Assembly (NCBI GenBank): GCA_025060505.1 | Contig: JANXBU010000003.1 | Span: 47,124-111,123 of the forward strand | DNA: 64,000 nucleotides | Direction: 5' to 3' | Source of the DNA: Candidatus Calescibacterium sp. | Lineage (GTDB): Bacteria > Calescibacteriota > Calescibacteriia > Calescibacteriales > Calescibacteriaceae | Shown: piece by piece, positions 49,183 through 57,917 of the stretch | Layout of the letters: each line of letters starts with the position of its first letter | How positions within the stretch are numbered: position 1 is the stretch's first letter | The notes under the pieces: model-generated | Told to the model about the DNA's origin: nothing | Seen by the model: the letters and a program-made list of their open reading frames with translations, nothing else | Database searches by the model: none | Made by a program: the position numbers and the translations under genes

Positions 49183-50787
49183 TCATTGTTCAGTAGTTAT
49201 TATTTCATAGTTTTTGAATTTTATTATATATATATCGTTCAGATGAAGTATGAAGAGTTTATCTCCAACATATTCTGCGTAGCATTGACCACCTATGTCT
49301 GGAAATTTGAATTCTTGTTTGCCAATAACAGGAACAACTTTTGAGAAAATTTCTCTCTTCCCATCAGAGAATATGGCAAATATTCTGGAAAACTCTTCAG
49401 CTGATTCTCTTATTACGCCTATAACAAAGGTTCTTGTCAAAAATATTTCATCGCTGACTATTGCTGGTCTTCCCTGATATATAAAAGTTTCCCCTTTTGT
49501 GGGACTTCCTATTTCTTCAAAGTTTTTGGCTCCTTCTGGAACCTCGTTCAGGAATTTTATTTTGAATATCTTGATGTTGGTTTGAGATTCGCAAGTGTTG
49601 TATAATTTTGGGAAGCTCCCTGAAAAGGGTGTATAATCTTTCCATGTGGGCTTTAGAGAGAGTATATCAAGATTTGTGCTATCAAGTGGGAATTCAAGTT
49701 TTGTCATCTTTGAGCTTGGGACCAGGGAATTCTCAGACAAATTTCCACCCCATACTACTATATTTTTCCCATCTATATTTATTATGGCTGGATCGAGTGA
49801 GGAGAACGGATATGTTGTTGCTTGTGGATATATTAATGACCAAATCACTTTATTTCCTTCTACTCTGAATAAAGCTATCTTCTCCAAACCGATTTTTGAT
49901 ATTTTACCTTCTTCTATTGCTATGTCTACTCTTGGTTCAAAAAATTTTACACCACCAATGATTGCAAACCAGTTTCCTAATTTTACTATTTTGTGGCTCA
50001 TAACACCGTATCCAAAAAAACCATTCGGACCAAACGGGACAATATCTCCGCTATTTTCCATTATCACTAAATTCCCATTGGGATATACTGCGATAGGTGA
50101 TTGAACAAGATTCCCAGATATGTTTCCTCCTATTGAAATGAATTTTTCACCATCCCAAATAACTCTTGCTCCATGTATTGGGGGAACGTTTGTACTGATA
50201 GGATTTATTTTGAAAGATCCACCGATCTCCTCGAGACTGTAGAGTCCAGGGAACATAAGATAGATTTTTTTCCCGTCAGAAGATAGATTGAGGAACGATG
50301 AGCTTATTTTTCCTATAACTTCTCCAGAGCTTCCCGGAATATCTCTTGTTGTAAATTCGACGATATTAGAGACATCTGAAAAATTTTCAGATTCATCATA
50401 AGTTCTTATACCAACATAATACTTGGTTTTTGGATCCAAATTTTTTATGAAGATTTTGACCTTTTGACCGGCGTACGGTGGATCTGGAACTTCTAGGGCT
50501 GGGATTCCCAATTGTTCAAAGTATTTCTCCGGCGAGTTTAAAAAATTCGTATCATCGGAATATCTCACATCAAATTTGAAAGCTTTACCTGAAAATATGT
50601 CATCTCCAGGTGCTGTGAATTCAAGCTCAGCTCCGAAATAGTCAACACTAACAACACGAAGATCTTTAATGTTTCCAGGAGGTATTCGATCATCTTCTTG
50701 AGTTCCGGTACTACAGGAAAATAAAAATAAATTGATAGCGATTGAAATAAGCGATACAGCGCTGCTATATTTATTTTTTATGTTCAT
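49183..50787 (-). CDS. Lipoprotein with an FN3-like domain followed by a Kelch/beta-propeller-like repeat region.
   Basis: Lipobox LFSCS. The N-terminal domain has an FN3 pattern (LRVVSVDYFGAELEFTAPGDD...YYVGIRTYDESENFS). It is followed by repeated G-rich beta-blade motifs. Confidence 0.65.
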   Translation of the reverse strand: MNIKNKYSSAVSLISIAINLFLFSCSTGTQEDDRIPPGNIKDLRVVSVDYFGAELEFTAPGDDIFSGKAFKFDVRYSDDTNFLNSPEKYFEQLGIPALEVPDPPYAGQKVKIFIKNLDPKTKYYVGIRTYDESENFSDVSNIVEFTTRDIPGSSGEVIGKISSSFLNLSSDGKKIYLMFPGLYSLEEIGGSFKINPISTNVPPIHGARVIWDGEKFISIGGNISGNLVQSPIAVYPNGNLVIMENSGDIVPFGPNGFFGYGVMSHKIVKLGNWFAIIGGVKFFEPRVDIAIEEGKISKIGLEKIALFRVEGNKVIWSLIYPQATTYPFSSLDPAIINIDGKNIVVWGGNLSENSLVPSSKMTKLEFPLDSTNLDILSLKPTWKDYTPFSGSFPKLYNTCESQTNIKIFKIKFLNEVPEGAKNFEEIGSPTKGETFIYQGRPAIVSDEIFLTRTFVIGVIRESAEEFSRIFAIFSDGKREIFSKVVPVIGKQEFKFPDIGGQCYAEYVGDKLFILHLNDIYIIKFKNYEIITTEQ

Positions 50788-50976
50788 CGCACTACAATAT
50801 ATAAGGTAGTCATATTCTCAGCATTTTACAAGATTTTATTTCTTCTTCCAGAGAGCTTTTCTCTTGTTCTAAATGATATCTATTTCTTATTTTTTCAGAT
50901 ATAAAGTCATTTAACTTCTTAGTATTTTTCGGCTTGAGGCTATGTAATGGATTTGCGGTTTTGTATTATATGTTTT

Positions 50977-51213
50977 TTATTTTTTTCTTGCTTGTATATA
51001 CTGGATTGCATCTTTCACGGTTCTTATTTTGTCAAGATCTTCATCTGGAATTGAAACCCCGAATTCTTCTTCCATTTTCATAATCATGTCAACTATGTCA
51101 AGTGAATCAGCTCCAAGATCATCTATGAAAGATGCGTCATCTTTTATATCTTCCACTTTCTTACCGAGTTTCTCTGCTATTATACTCTTAACTCTAATTT
51201 CAATGCTTTCCAT
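50977..51213 (-). CDS. acpP: Acyl carrier protein.
   Basis: [14 protein letters not shown] is the phosphopantetheine attachment site. 78 aa. Confidence 0.9.
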   Translation of the reverse strand: MESIEIRVKSIIAEKLGKKVEDIKDDASFIDDLGADSLDIVDMIMKMEEEFGVSIPDEDLDKIRTVKDAIQYIQARKK

Positions 51214-51337
51214 ATTCTCCCCTCCGTTCAGAAACTAAATATTCATTGATGTAATGAAATTTGATAAATTTCAGAATCTTCTAATGAAAAAATATTCTTC
51301 AAGAAAAAGTTTCGTGATTTTATTAAAATTAAATTAA

Positions 51338-51811
51338 ATGTTGAAGTTTGGAAGAATATTTTGTGCGTTATTTTTTTCTCTTTTGCTTATTAATTCTTCA
51401 TCCGCTGCTCAGGTTGAAAGTGAAGCTCGGGAAAGAAACGAAGTTAGGAGAATAATAGATGAGATAAAGGAAAGTCTTAGGATAATAAATCCAACAATTT
51501 CTGATTTGAGAAAAAGTCTGGATGAAAAAACCTTAGAAGCTAAAACATTTAAAGAGCAGATAACAAAAATAGAAAATGATATAAAGTCAATAAATCAAAA
51601 AATAGCAGATATAGAAAGTAAGATAAATCAATACATTGAAAGAAATATGGGATATGAAAAGAAAATAGAAGAAGCAAAAAGAGAAGTTAGGATAAATTCA
51701 ATGATGGTAAGAATACTTGGGCTGGGAGTAATAATTTCTATAATAATTTCAGTAGTATCTATTATTTATTCAAGAGGTATCAGAAGAAGATCAAGAATGT
51801 TTAGATTTTAG
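51338..51811 (+). CDS. Secreted coiled-coil protein with a C-terminal TM anchor. Hypothetical.
   Basis: Signal peptide, about 100 aa of heptad-like E/K/I-rich sequence, then a hydrophobic helix and a basic tail. Confidence 0.5.
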   Translation: MLKFGRIFCALFFSLLLINSSSAAQVESEARERNEVRRIIDEIKESLRIINPTISDLRKSLDEKTLEAKTFKEQITKIENDIKSINQKIADIESKINQYIERNMGYEKKIEEAKREVRINSMMVRILGLGVIISIIISVVSIIYSRGIRRRSRMFRF

Positions 51812-51900
51812 TGTAGTTTTTTCATATTGCGGAAGCTGAGTTCTTATATTCTGAAAATTACAACAGGTTGGAGCAAAGACAAAAGATAGAAAGAAACAAA

Positions 51901-52188
51901 ATGAACAAATCAATAAGGATATTTTTAAGCGAGAAACAAGATAAAAAAAGAATATTCGAAACAATACGTATGGCTCTCGGAATAACGCTAAAGGGACACA
52001 TTGTGGAGCTTTATGTATCTTCTGATGTTCCTCTTGATTCTCTTGAGAAGGAAAAAAGAGAGGAGATCGAAGAATTTCTGCAAGCTATAAAGTATATGGG
52101 TGGAAACTACATATTTGTAGAAGATATACAAAAGATTATGTTCGAAAAAATTAGAGAAAAAGGGAAATTTGACATATTAGTTGTATGA
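51901..52188 (+). CDS. Small DsrE/DsrF(TusD)-like protein. ATG start chosen inside the TTG-initiated track ORF.
   Basis: IRIFLSEKQDKKRIFETIRMALGITLKGHIVELYVSSDV shares the pattern of the 37951 ORF and of DsrE/TusD N-termini. Confidence 0.45.
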   Translation: MNKSIRIFLSEKQDKKRIFETIRMALGITLKGHIVELYVSSDVPLDSLEKEKREEIEEFLQAIKYMGGNYIFVEDIQKIMFEKIREKGKFDILVV

Positions 52189-52257
52189 TTCTTGTAGAAT
52201 TGACAACATCGAACTGGGAGATTTTTTAGCTTGTTTTTTTCATTTTCACTCATTGTC

Positions 52258-52779
52258 TTACTCGATTGTTTCGACATATACATCTTGGTTTGAATATATA
52301 GAAATTTCTCCGGATATTTCTATCGCTTCTTTTACGATTTGGTCTGCTGTAAGGTTTGTGTGTTTATACAGAGCTTTTGCTACCGCAAGTGCAATAGGTC
52401 CTCCAGAGCCAATTGCTGCTATATTGTCATCTGGTTGGATTACATCTCCGTTTCCTGAGATTACAAGTATTTGATTTTTGTTTGCTACTATCAACATAGC
52501 TTGAAGTTGCCTTAATGCTCTGTCGGTTCTCCATTCTTTTGCAAGTTCTACAGATGCTTTCAGTAGATTTCCGGAGAACTCTTGTAGTTTTTTTTCGAAT
52601 CTTTCAAGAAGTGCTATAGCATCTGCTGTGCTTCCGGCAAAGCCCGCAAGAACTTGGCCATTGTATATTCTTCTAACCTTTTTTGTTTTATGTTTGAATA
52701 TTGTATCACCAAGGGTCATCTGACCGTCTGATCCCATAGCAACTTTATCGTGCCTTATTAGGGCGAGAACAGTTGTCAA
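52258..52779 (-). CDS. hslV: ATP-dependent protease subunit HslV.
   Basis: TTVLALIRHDKVAMGSDGQMTLG (N-terminal Thr nucleophile), GFAGSTADA, GSGG. No hslU is adjacent. Confidence 0.9.
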   Translation of the reverse strand: MTTVLALIRHDKVAMGSDGQMTLGDTIFKHKTKKVRRIYNGQVLAGFAGSTADAIALLERFEKKLQEFSGNLLKASVELAKEWRTDRALRQLQAMLIVANKNQILVISGNGDVIQPDDNIAAIGSGGPIALAVAKALYKHTNLTADQIVKEAIEISGEISIYSNQDVYVETIE

Positions 52780-52788
52780 AGAGTGGGC

Positions 52789-52865
52789 TGGCGGGGCTGA
52801 CGGGACTTGAACCCGCGACCTCCGGCTTGACAGACCGGCGTTCTAACCAACTGAACTACAGCCCC
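52789..52865 (-). tRNA. tRNA-Asp (anticodon GUC), CCA encoded.
   Basis: Reverse complement folds as GGGGCTG/CAGCCCC, D-arm GTTC..GAAC, anticodon loop CUGUCAA, T-loop TTCAAGT, discriminator G. Confidence 0.9.
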
Positions 52866-52921
52866 AAGAGAACAATATAAAAATAATCACAAAAAATCAG
52901 AAATGCAAAAATCAGAAAATA

Positions 52922-53388
52922 ATAGGATTGAGAGATAAGCCGGTTTCTGTATTTGAGGAACATTTATCTGAGCGACCTACCCGGGAGTACAAGGGAAGCC
53001 AGAAGAACTTCCCATGAGCTTGTAGCTCATTTCCTCCCTACTTGGTCTTGCTCAGGGCAAGGTTTTCCTCTAAACTCGGTTACCCGAATTTAGGGGACGC
53101 TCTTACCGTCCCTTTTCACCCTTACTTTGTGAGTAAAAACCCACAAAGCGGTATTTTTTCTGTGGCACTCTCTGGGACACTCATCCCCGGGCTCCATCTT
53201 TTCTGGGAGATATGCTGGGATAGCTCGTTTATGATTCTGCGGACAAATCGTCCATGCATCCCATCTTTCCCAGAAAAGACTTAACCCGTGCCCTCTTCTG
53301 GTTGAGACCGGACTTTCCTTCCAGCAGATTCTTCCCCCGGGTTACCCCGAAGGGTTCCTCTGCTGAACGTTCCTCTCCCTCAATCCTA
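52922..53388 (-). ncRNA. rnpB: RNase P RNA, bacterial type A.
   Basis: Minus strand carries GGAAAGTCCGG (P4 5' strand, + coords 53308-53318), ACAGAAACCGGCTTA (P4 3' strand, 52935-52949), and GTAAGGGTGAAAAGGGACGGTAAGAGCGTCCC (P10.1-P12 signature, ~53094-53125). P1 pairs TAGGATTGAG with CTCAATCCTA at the termini. The region is GC-rich versus its flanks. Ends are approximate. Confidence 0.8.
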
Positions 53389-53526
53389 TACTTCAAATCT
53401 AAATAATCTCTACAGAATTTACCAAAGGTTCAGAAAATATTAGAACTTTTACCATATATCTATTTTGGCAATATCTGTGTTCTTGTAATTTCAATATTTG
53501 TTTATAGGGAACTTTAAAAATTTTCC

Positions 53527-54117
53527 GTGGAACAATTTGTACGAAAACTCGGGCATTTTTTCTTCAAACGAAGAAGCTATGCATCTTTGCCCATTTTTGC
53601 TTTCTTCTTCTTTTTCGGTCGGACATCTATTATTTCTTTTATTTTAGCGCTCTGTCTTATAGCTTTTGGTGAATTCATAAGAATCTGGGCTGTTTCTTTC
53701 TCAGGACCTGCTACACGAACAAGAACTATAAAAGCTCCATTTCTGGCAACAGATGGTCCGTATCAGATAATGAGACATCCTATATACTTTGGAAATTTCT
53801 TTGTTGGACTTGGTTTTACTCTTTCACTTACTAATAATCTCTACCATATATTAGTCTTTTTAATCTTCTTCTTTATTTTCTATGGATCTATAATATTCGC
53901 TGAGGAGGATTTTCTCGAAAACAAATTTCAAGACGAATGGAGAAATTATAAGCAAAAAGTTCCAATGATTATTCCAAAAAAGTTGAGAAAAGTCTCTTTT
54001 GGAGATTTGAAGATGTCTTTAAAATCTGAAAGATCAACTTTCATAACAATATCAATAATTCTCATATTATCATCTATCAAAATTTTCGTAATACCTTATG
54101 CTCGTATCAGTTTTTAG
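53527..54117 (+). CDS. Isoprenylcysteine carboxyl methyltransferase / phospholipid methyltransferase-family membrane protein.
   Basis: Multi-TM protein with the RHPIYFGNF motif typical of the ICMT/PEMT family. Confidence 0.75.
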   Translation: MEQFVRKLGHFFFKRRSYASLPIFAFFFFFGRTSIISFILALCLIAFGEFIRIWAVSFSGPATRTRTIKAPFLATDGPYQIMRHPIYFGNFFVGLGFTLSLTNNLYHILVFLIFFFIFYGSIIFAEEDFLENKFQDEWRNYKQKVPMIIPKKLRKVSFGDLKMSLKSERSTFITISIILILSSIKIFVIPYARISF

Positions 54118-54295
54118 ACCAAGATTTATGAAATATCATGTGCGAAAGAATTAAGTTCAGCTACAAAACAATAAAACGTTAAAATTATTGAATAGATGTA
54201 ATAGTGGTGTCAGAAACTTTTGCTTGCTATATCGCTTCATTTTTGGCTCATTTTTTCGGTGAAGGACATAGACAAAATATTGTAGAAAAAATAAT

Positions 54296-56293
54296 TTGTT
54301 TATGAAATACTATAATTTGGTTATGACAGAGGAGATCTCGGAGGTAAAGCTCCCCTTTGAAGAGAAGATAAAAACAAAGGGTTGGACTTATGTTAGTCCT
54401 AAAAAGTATCTTGAGCTGCACAAGGAAACACTCAAAGATGGCTTCTGGCTATCATTAGCTCAAAAGCTGGATTGGTTCAAAAAGCCAACAATTGAAAAAA
54501 CCGAGGAGAAAAGGTTCTTTTGGAAATGGTTCCCAGATGGAGTTCTCAATATGTCTTATCTTTGCCTTGACTCAAACTTAAAGACACGAAAAAACAAAGT
54601 TGCTTTCTTTTGGCTCGGTGAAGACGGCAAAGAAAAAGTTATGACCTATGGAGATTACTATAGGTTGGTAAACAGACTTGCTTATGCTCTGTATCACAAG
54701 TTTGGAATAAGAAAAGGAGATGCGGTATCTGTTTATATGCCCCTTATTCCTGAGACTCCAGCTGTTCTCTTGGCGCTTGCAAGAATAGGTGCTGTTTTCT
54801 CTGTTGTCTTTTCCGGTTTCAGCTCCCAAGCTCTGCACGACAGAATAATAGATTCAAAATCAAAATTGCTTATAACCGCAGATGGATATTACAGAAGAGG
54901 CAAAAAGATACTTTTGCAAGAAAATGTAAGGAATGCAATTCACAATACAGATATTCAGAATATTCTTGTTTTCAGAAGACTAGGGGAAGGGTGGGAGAAG
55001 GGCGAAAAAGAATCATTCTCAGATGAAATTCTTGATGACACAAGTCCTTCTATATATTTTGAACCTGAGAAAGTTGAATCATCTCATCCGCTTTTTATAC
55101 TTTACACATCTGGAACCACTGGAAAACCGAAAGGAATTTTGCACGATACAGGTGGATACGCTGTTTTACTTTATGCAACTATGAAATGGGTTTTTGATGC
55201 AAGCGAGGACGATGTATTCTGGTGCACAGCCGATGTAGGATGGATTACCGGACACTCCTATGTGGTCTTCGGGCCTATGATGTTGGGGCTGACAAGTGTT
55301 ATGTATGAGGGAGTTCCAGATTATCCACATCCGGGAATATGGTGGGAAATTATTGAAAGGTACGGAGTAAGCATATTTTACACTTCTCCCACTGCTATAA
55401 GAATGCTTATGAAATACCCTGATGAGTATGTTAAAAGATATGACCTATCTTCTCTTAGACTTTTGCATTCGGTAGGTGAGCCAATAAATCCGGAAGCTTG
55501 GACATGGTTTTTTGAGTATGTGGGTGGTAAAAGATGTCCAGTTGGCTCAACCTGGTGGATGACAGAAACAGGTGGGGTTATAATATCTCATACTCCGGGC
55601 TGGAAACTCGTTCCTCTGAAATCTGGAACAAATGCTTTCCCTATTCCGGGTTGCAGCGTTTCTGTTTTGAGAGCTGATGGAACTCCAGCTGATGCAGGGG
55701 AAAGAGGTTTTCTTGTCATAGATAATCCTTTTCCCGGAATGCTTCTTACCATATACGGAGATGACAAAAGATATGTTGATACCTACTGGTCTCGTTTTGA
55801 AGGAAAATTTTATGCCGGAGATTATGCAATAAAAGATGAAGATGGATACATATGGGTTCTCGGTAGAGCAGACGAGGTTATAAAGATTGCTGGACACAGA
55901 ATTGGTACTTATGAGATTGAATCTTCTTTGGTAGGATACGAGGGAGTTGTGGAGGCGGCGGTAGCAGGTGTTCCGGACGAGGTCAAAGGCGAAGTTCCAG
56001 TAGCTTTTGTCGTTCTCAAAGAAGGAGTTTCACCGAGTCAGGAGCTGAAACAAAAACTTATAAACATCGTCAGAAATTCCGTTGGAGCAGTAGCTGTTCC
56101 AAAAGATATATTCTTTGTTTCAAAATTGCCAAAAACAAGAAGCGGAAAAATTATGCGCAGACTTATGAAAGCTGTGTTCGTTGGAAAGGAACTCGGTGAT
56201 GTATCTACTCTGGAGGATGAAGCTACTATTGATGAGGTCTCAAAAGCATTTTACGAATTCAAAGAAGAACTTAAAAGTAGATCTTCTGAGTAG
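54296..56293 (+). CDS. acs: Acetyl-CoA synthetase (acetate-CoA ligase).
   Basis: AMP-binding motif YTSGTTGKPKG, WWMTETGG, YAGDYAIKDEDGYIWVLGRADEVIKIAGHRIGT and the C-terminal PKTRSGKIMRR. Confidence 0.9.
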   Translation: MFMKYYNLVMTEEISEVKLPFEEKIKTKGWTYVSPKKYLELHKETLKDGFWLSLAQKLDWFKKPTIEKTEEKRFFWKWFPDGVLNMSYLCLDSNLKTRKNKVAFFWLGEDGKEKVMTYGDYYRLVNRLAYALYHKFGIRKGDAVSVYMPLIPETPAVLLALARIGAVFSVVFSGFSSQALHDRIIDSKSKLLITADGYYRRGKKILLQENVRNAIHNTDIQNILVFRRLGEGWEKGEKESFSDEILDDTSPSIYFEPEKVESSHPLFILYTSGTTGKPKGILHDTGGYAVLLYATMKWVFDASEDDVFWCTADVGWITGHSYVVFGPMMLGLTSVMYEGVPDYPHPGIWWEIIERYGVSIFYTSPTAIRMLMKYPDEYVKRYDLSSLRLLHSVGEPINPEAWTWFFEYVGGKRCPVGSTWWMTETGGVIISHTPGWKLVPLKSGTNAFPIPGCSVSVLRADGTPADAGERGFLVIDNPFPGMLLTIYGDDKRYVDTYWSRFEGKFYAGDYAIKDEDGYIWVLGRADEVIKIAGHRIGTYEIESSLVGYEGVVEAAVAGVPDEVKGEVPVAFVVLKEGVSPSQELKQKLINIVRNSVGAVAVPKDIFFVSKLPKTRSGKIMRRLMKAVFVGKELGDVSTLEDEATIDEVSKAFYEFKEELKSRSSE

Positions 56294-56305
56294 AAATTTT
56301 TAGTG

Positions 56306-57688
56306 TTATTCGCTTTCTAGAACCTTTTGCATTCTTATTAACTCTTTTTCTATGTTTTGAAGAACGCTTTCTCTATTTTCAACATTTATAGGGTTGTTTT
56401 CAATGATATACTTAGATACAAGCAATCCAGCGATGTAGCTTCCGTTCTGATTCCAGTGTCCATTATTTTTGTAGTAGAGTCCCTTTTTTGCTCCAAGTGA
56501 TAAACTTTTCTGAGCAGCTGAGTATTTTTCAAAATCTTGTGTAAGATCTATATACAAGATATTATGTTTTCTGAATACATCTGCAAGTATTCTGTTTGGG
56601 AGGTAAAAATCTATGTGATCTATTTTGGGTCTCAGCTGTTTGTATACCTGCTCCTTAGACGGTATCATAACTACAAGGAGTTTTGATCCTATTTGTTTGG
56701 CATAATCATTGAATTCAATGATATTTTGAATGTGCTGGTTCCAGGCTTGATTCAACCATTCATACTTATGTTGTTGTATGAAAGGTAGTAGATGTAGCAG
56801 ATTTAGATTTGCATCCTGATTTTTGTTCTGCTCTATATTTTCTCTTTCTTCTGGTGCAGCTTTATCGGATTTTTTTTCTACGAGATTTAGGGATGCAGCA
56901 ATTTTTCGAAGAAATTCATTGTTTCTTATTATGTTATATATTATTGAATTTTTAGTAAGCCAAGCTTTTATTTTAGAAATTATTGATTCGTATTTTCTTT
57001 TGTGTTCTTCAACCTCTATTGTAGCTTTCTTCACTTCTCTGATGATTTCCTCATCGCTAATAATTTCTTTTTCTCCGGTTTCAAGATTTTTGAGTTTAAT
57101 TTTTCCAACAAGAAATCCATCTATTACAGTGACTCCCGGGAAAAGCCAGTCATCTGTGAGGTCATTTCTCATAAGATATCCAACTATGATCAGAGAAGGT
57201 TTTGCTTGAATTTTCTGTATAACTCTTTTTGCTTTTATCATTTCTTTTTTCGTTCCATATCCTCCGACACCACATTTTATAACTCTTTTTTGAATAGTAT
57301 CTTCTATTGTCGAACCGATTGTCTTTTCAAATGGAACAAAGCCCCAGGTGAAACTATCTCCAACCAGAACTATTGGTTCCTTTTCTCCTTGGTATGGTTT
57401 ATCAAAACAACCGAGTTCGTTTGACCACACAGGAAATCTTATTCCCTCAACTGTATAGAAGAATCCTGTTTTATTTTTAGAAATATCGTAGCCTAATTCT
57501 TCATCTGCTTCAAAGTAATATCTTAGGGCAACGCTGAAAGGATCAGAGTAATCTGTTATTCTCAGATTATCGTATGGTGTAAATCGCAGAATCAGTTCAA
57601 CAAGTATAATAGAAAAAAAGAAGCTCAGAAGTATGAACACAGAAGTGAACAAGTATTTTCTTTTATTGTTTTTAATTTCGTCCTTCAT
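56306..57688 (-). CDS. Membrane-anchored SGNH-fold protein, AlgX/AlgJ-like putative polysaccharide O-acetyltransferase.
   Basis: N-terminal TM, a GDS block (LVGDSFTWG), and a distal NGHWN motif resembling the AlgJ/AlgX DxHW signature. Confidence 0.55.
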   Translation of the reverse strand: MKDEIKNNKRKYLFTSVFILLSFFFSIILVELILRFTPYDNLRITDYSDPFSVALRYYFEADEELGYDISKNKTGFFYTVEGIRFPVWSNELGCFDKPYQGEKEPIVLVGDSFTWGFVPFEKTIGSTIEDTIQKRVIKCGVGGYGTKKEMIKAKRVIQKIQAKPSLIIVGYLMRNDLTDDWLFPGVTVIDGFLVGKIKLKNLETGEKEIISDEEIIREVKKATIEVEEHKRKYESIISKIKAWLTKNSIIYNIIRNNEFLRKIAASLNLVEKKSDKAAPEERENIEQNKNQDANLNLLHLLPFIQQHKYEWLNQAWNQHIQNIIEFNDYAKQIGSKLLVVMIPSKEQVYKQLRPKIDHIDFYLPNRILADVFRKHNILYIDLTQDFEKYSAAQKSLSLGAKKGLYYKNNGHWNQNGSYIAGLLVSKYIIENNPINVENRESVLQNIEKELIRMQKVLESE

Positions 57689-57917
57689 ATTTATATTGAT
57701 ATATTTGAATTCCAGAAATTTAATAATTTCAGAGATTATGTTAGATCAATAAAACTTGAAACTCTCATCTGATGCGAATTATTTTTGCTCCTGATATGTT
57801 TGATTGTTTTTGTAATACTTAATCTACGCTATTTTTATGAGAACACATTTTTTCTTGGCGACCTGAAAATATCTGGTTAAGCAAAGAATTTTTCTGATAA
57901 ATCTAAATTTTAGGGCG

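Noticed and set aside
53042-53284. 80-aa + strand ORF from the six-frame track.
   Set aside because: It lies entirely inside the minus-strand RNase P RNA. It has no RBS, and its amino-acid composition is unusual and G/C-driven. It is an antisense artefact of a structured RNA.
57689-57917. Possible purine riboswitch upstream of purC.
   Set aside because: The spacer lacks the conserved purine-riboswitch junction residues and three-way junction. It is an AT-rich promoter region only.
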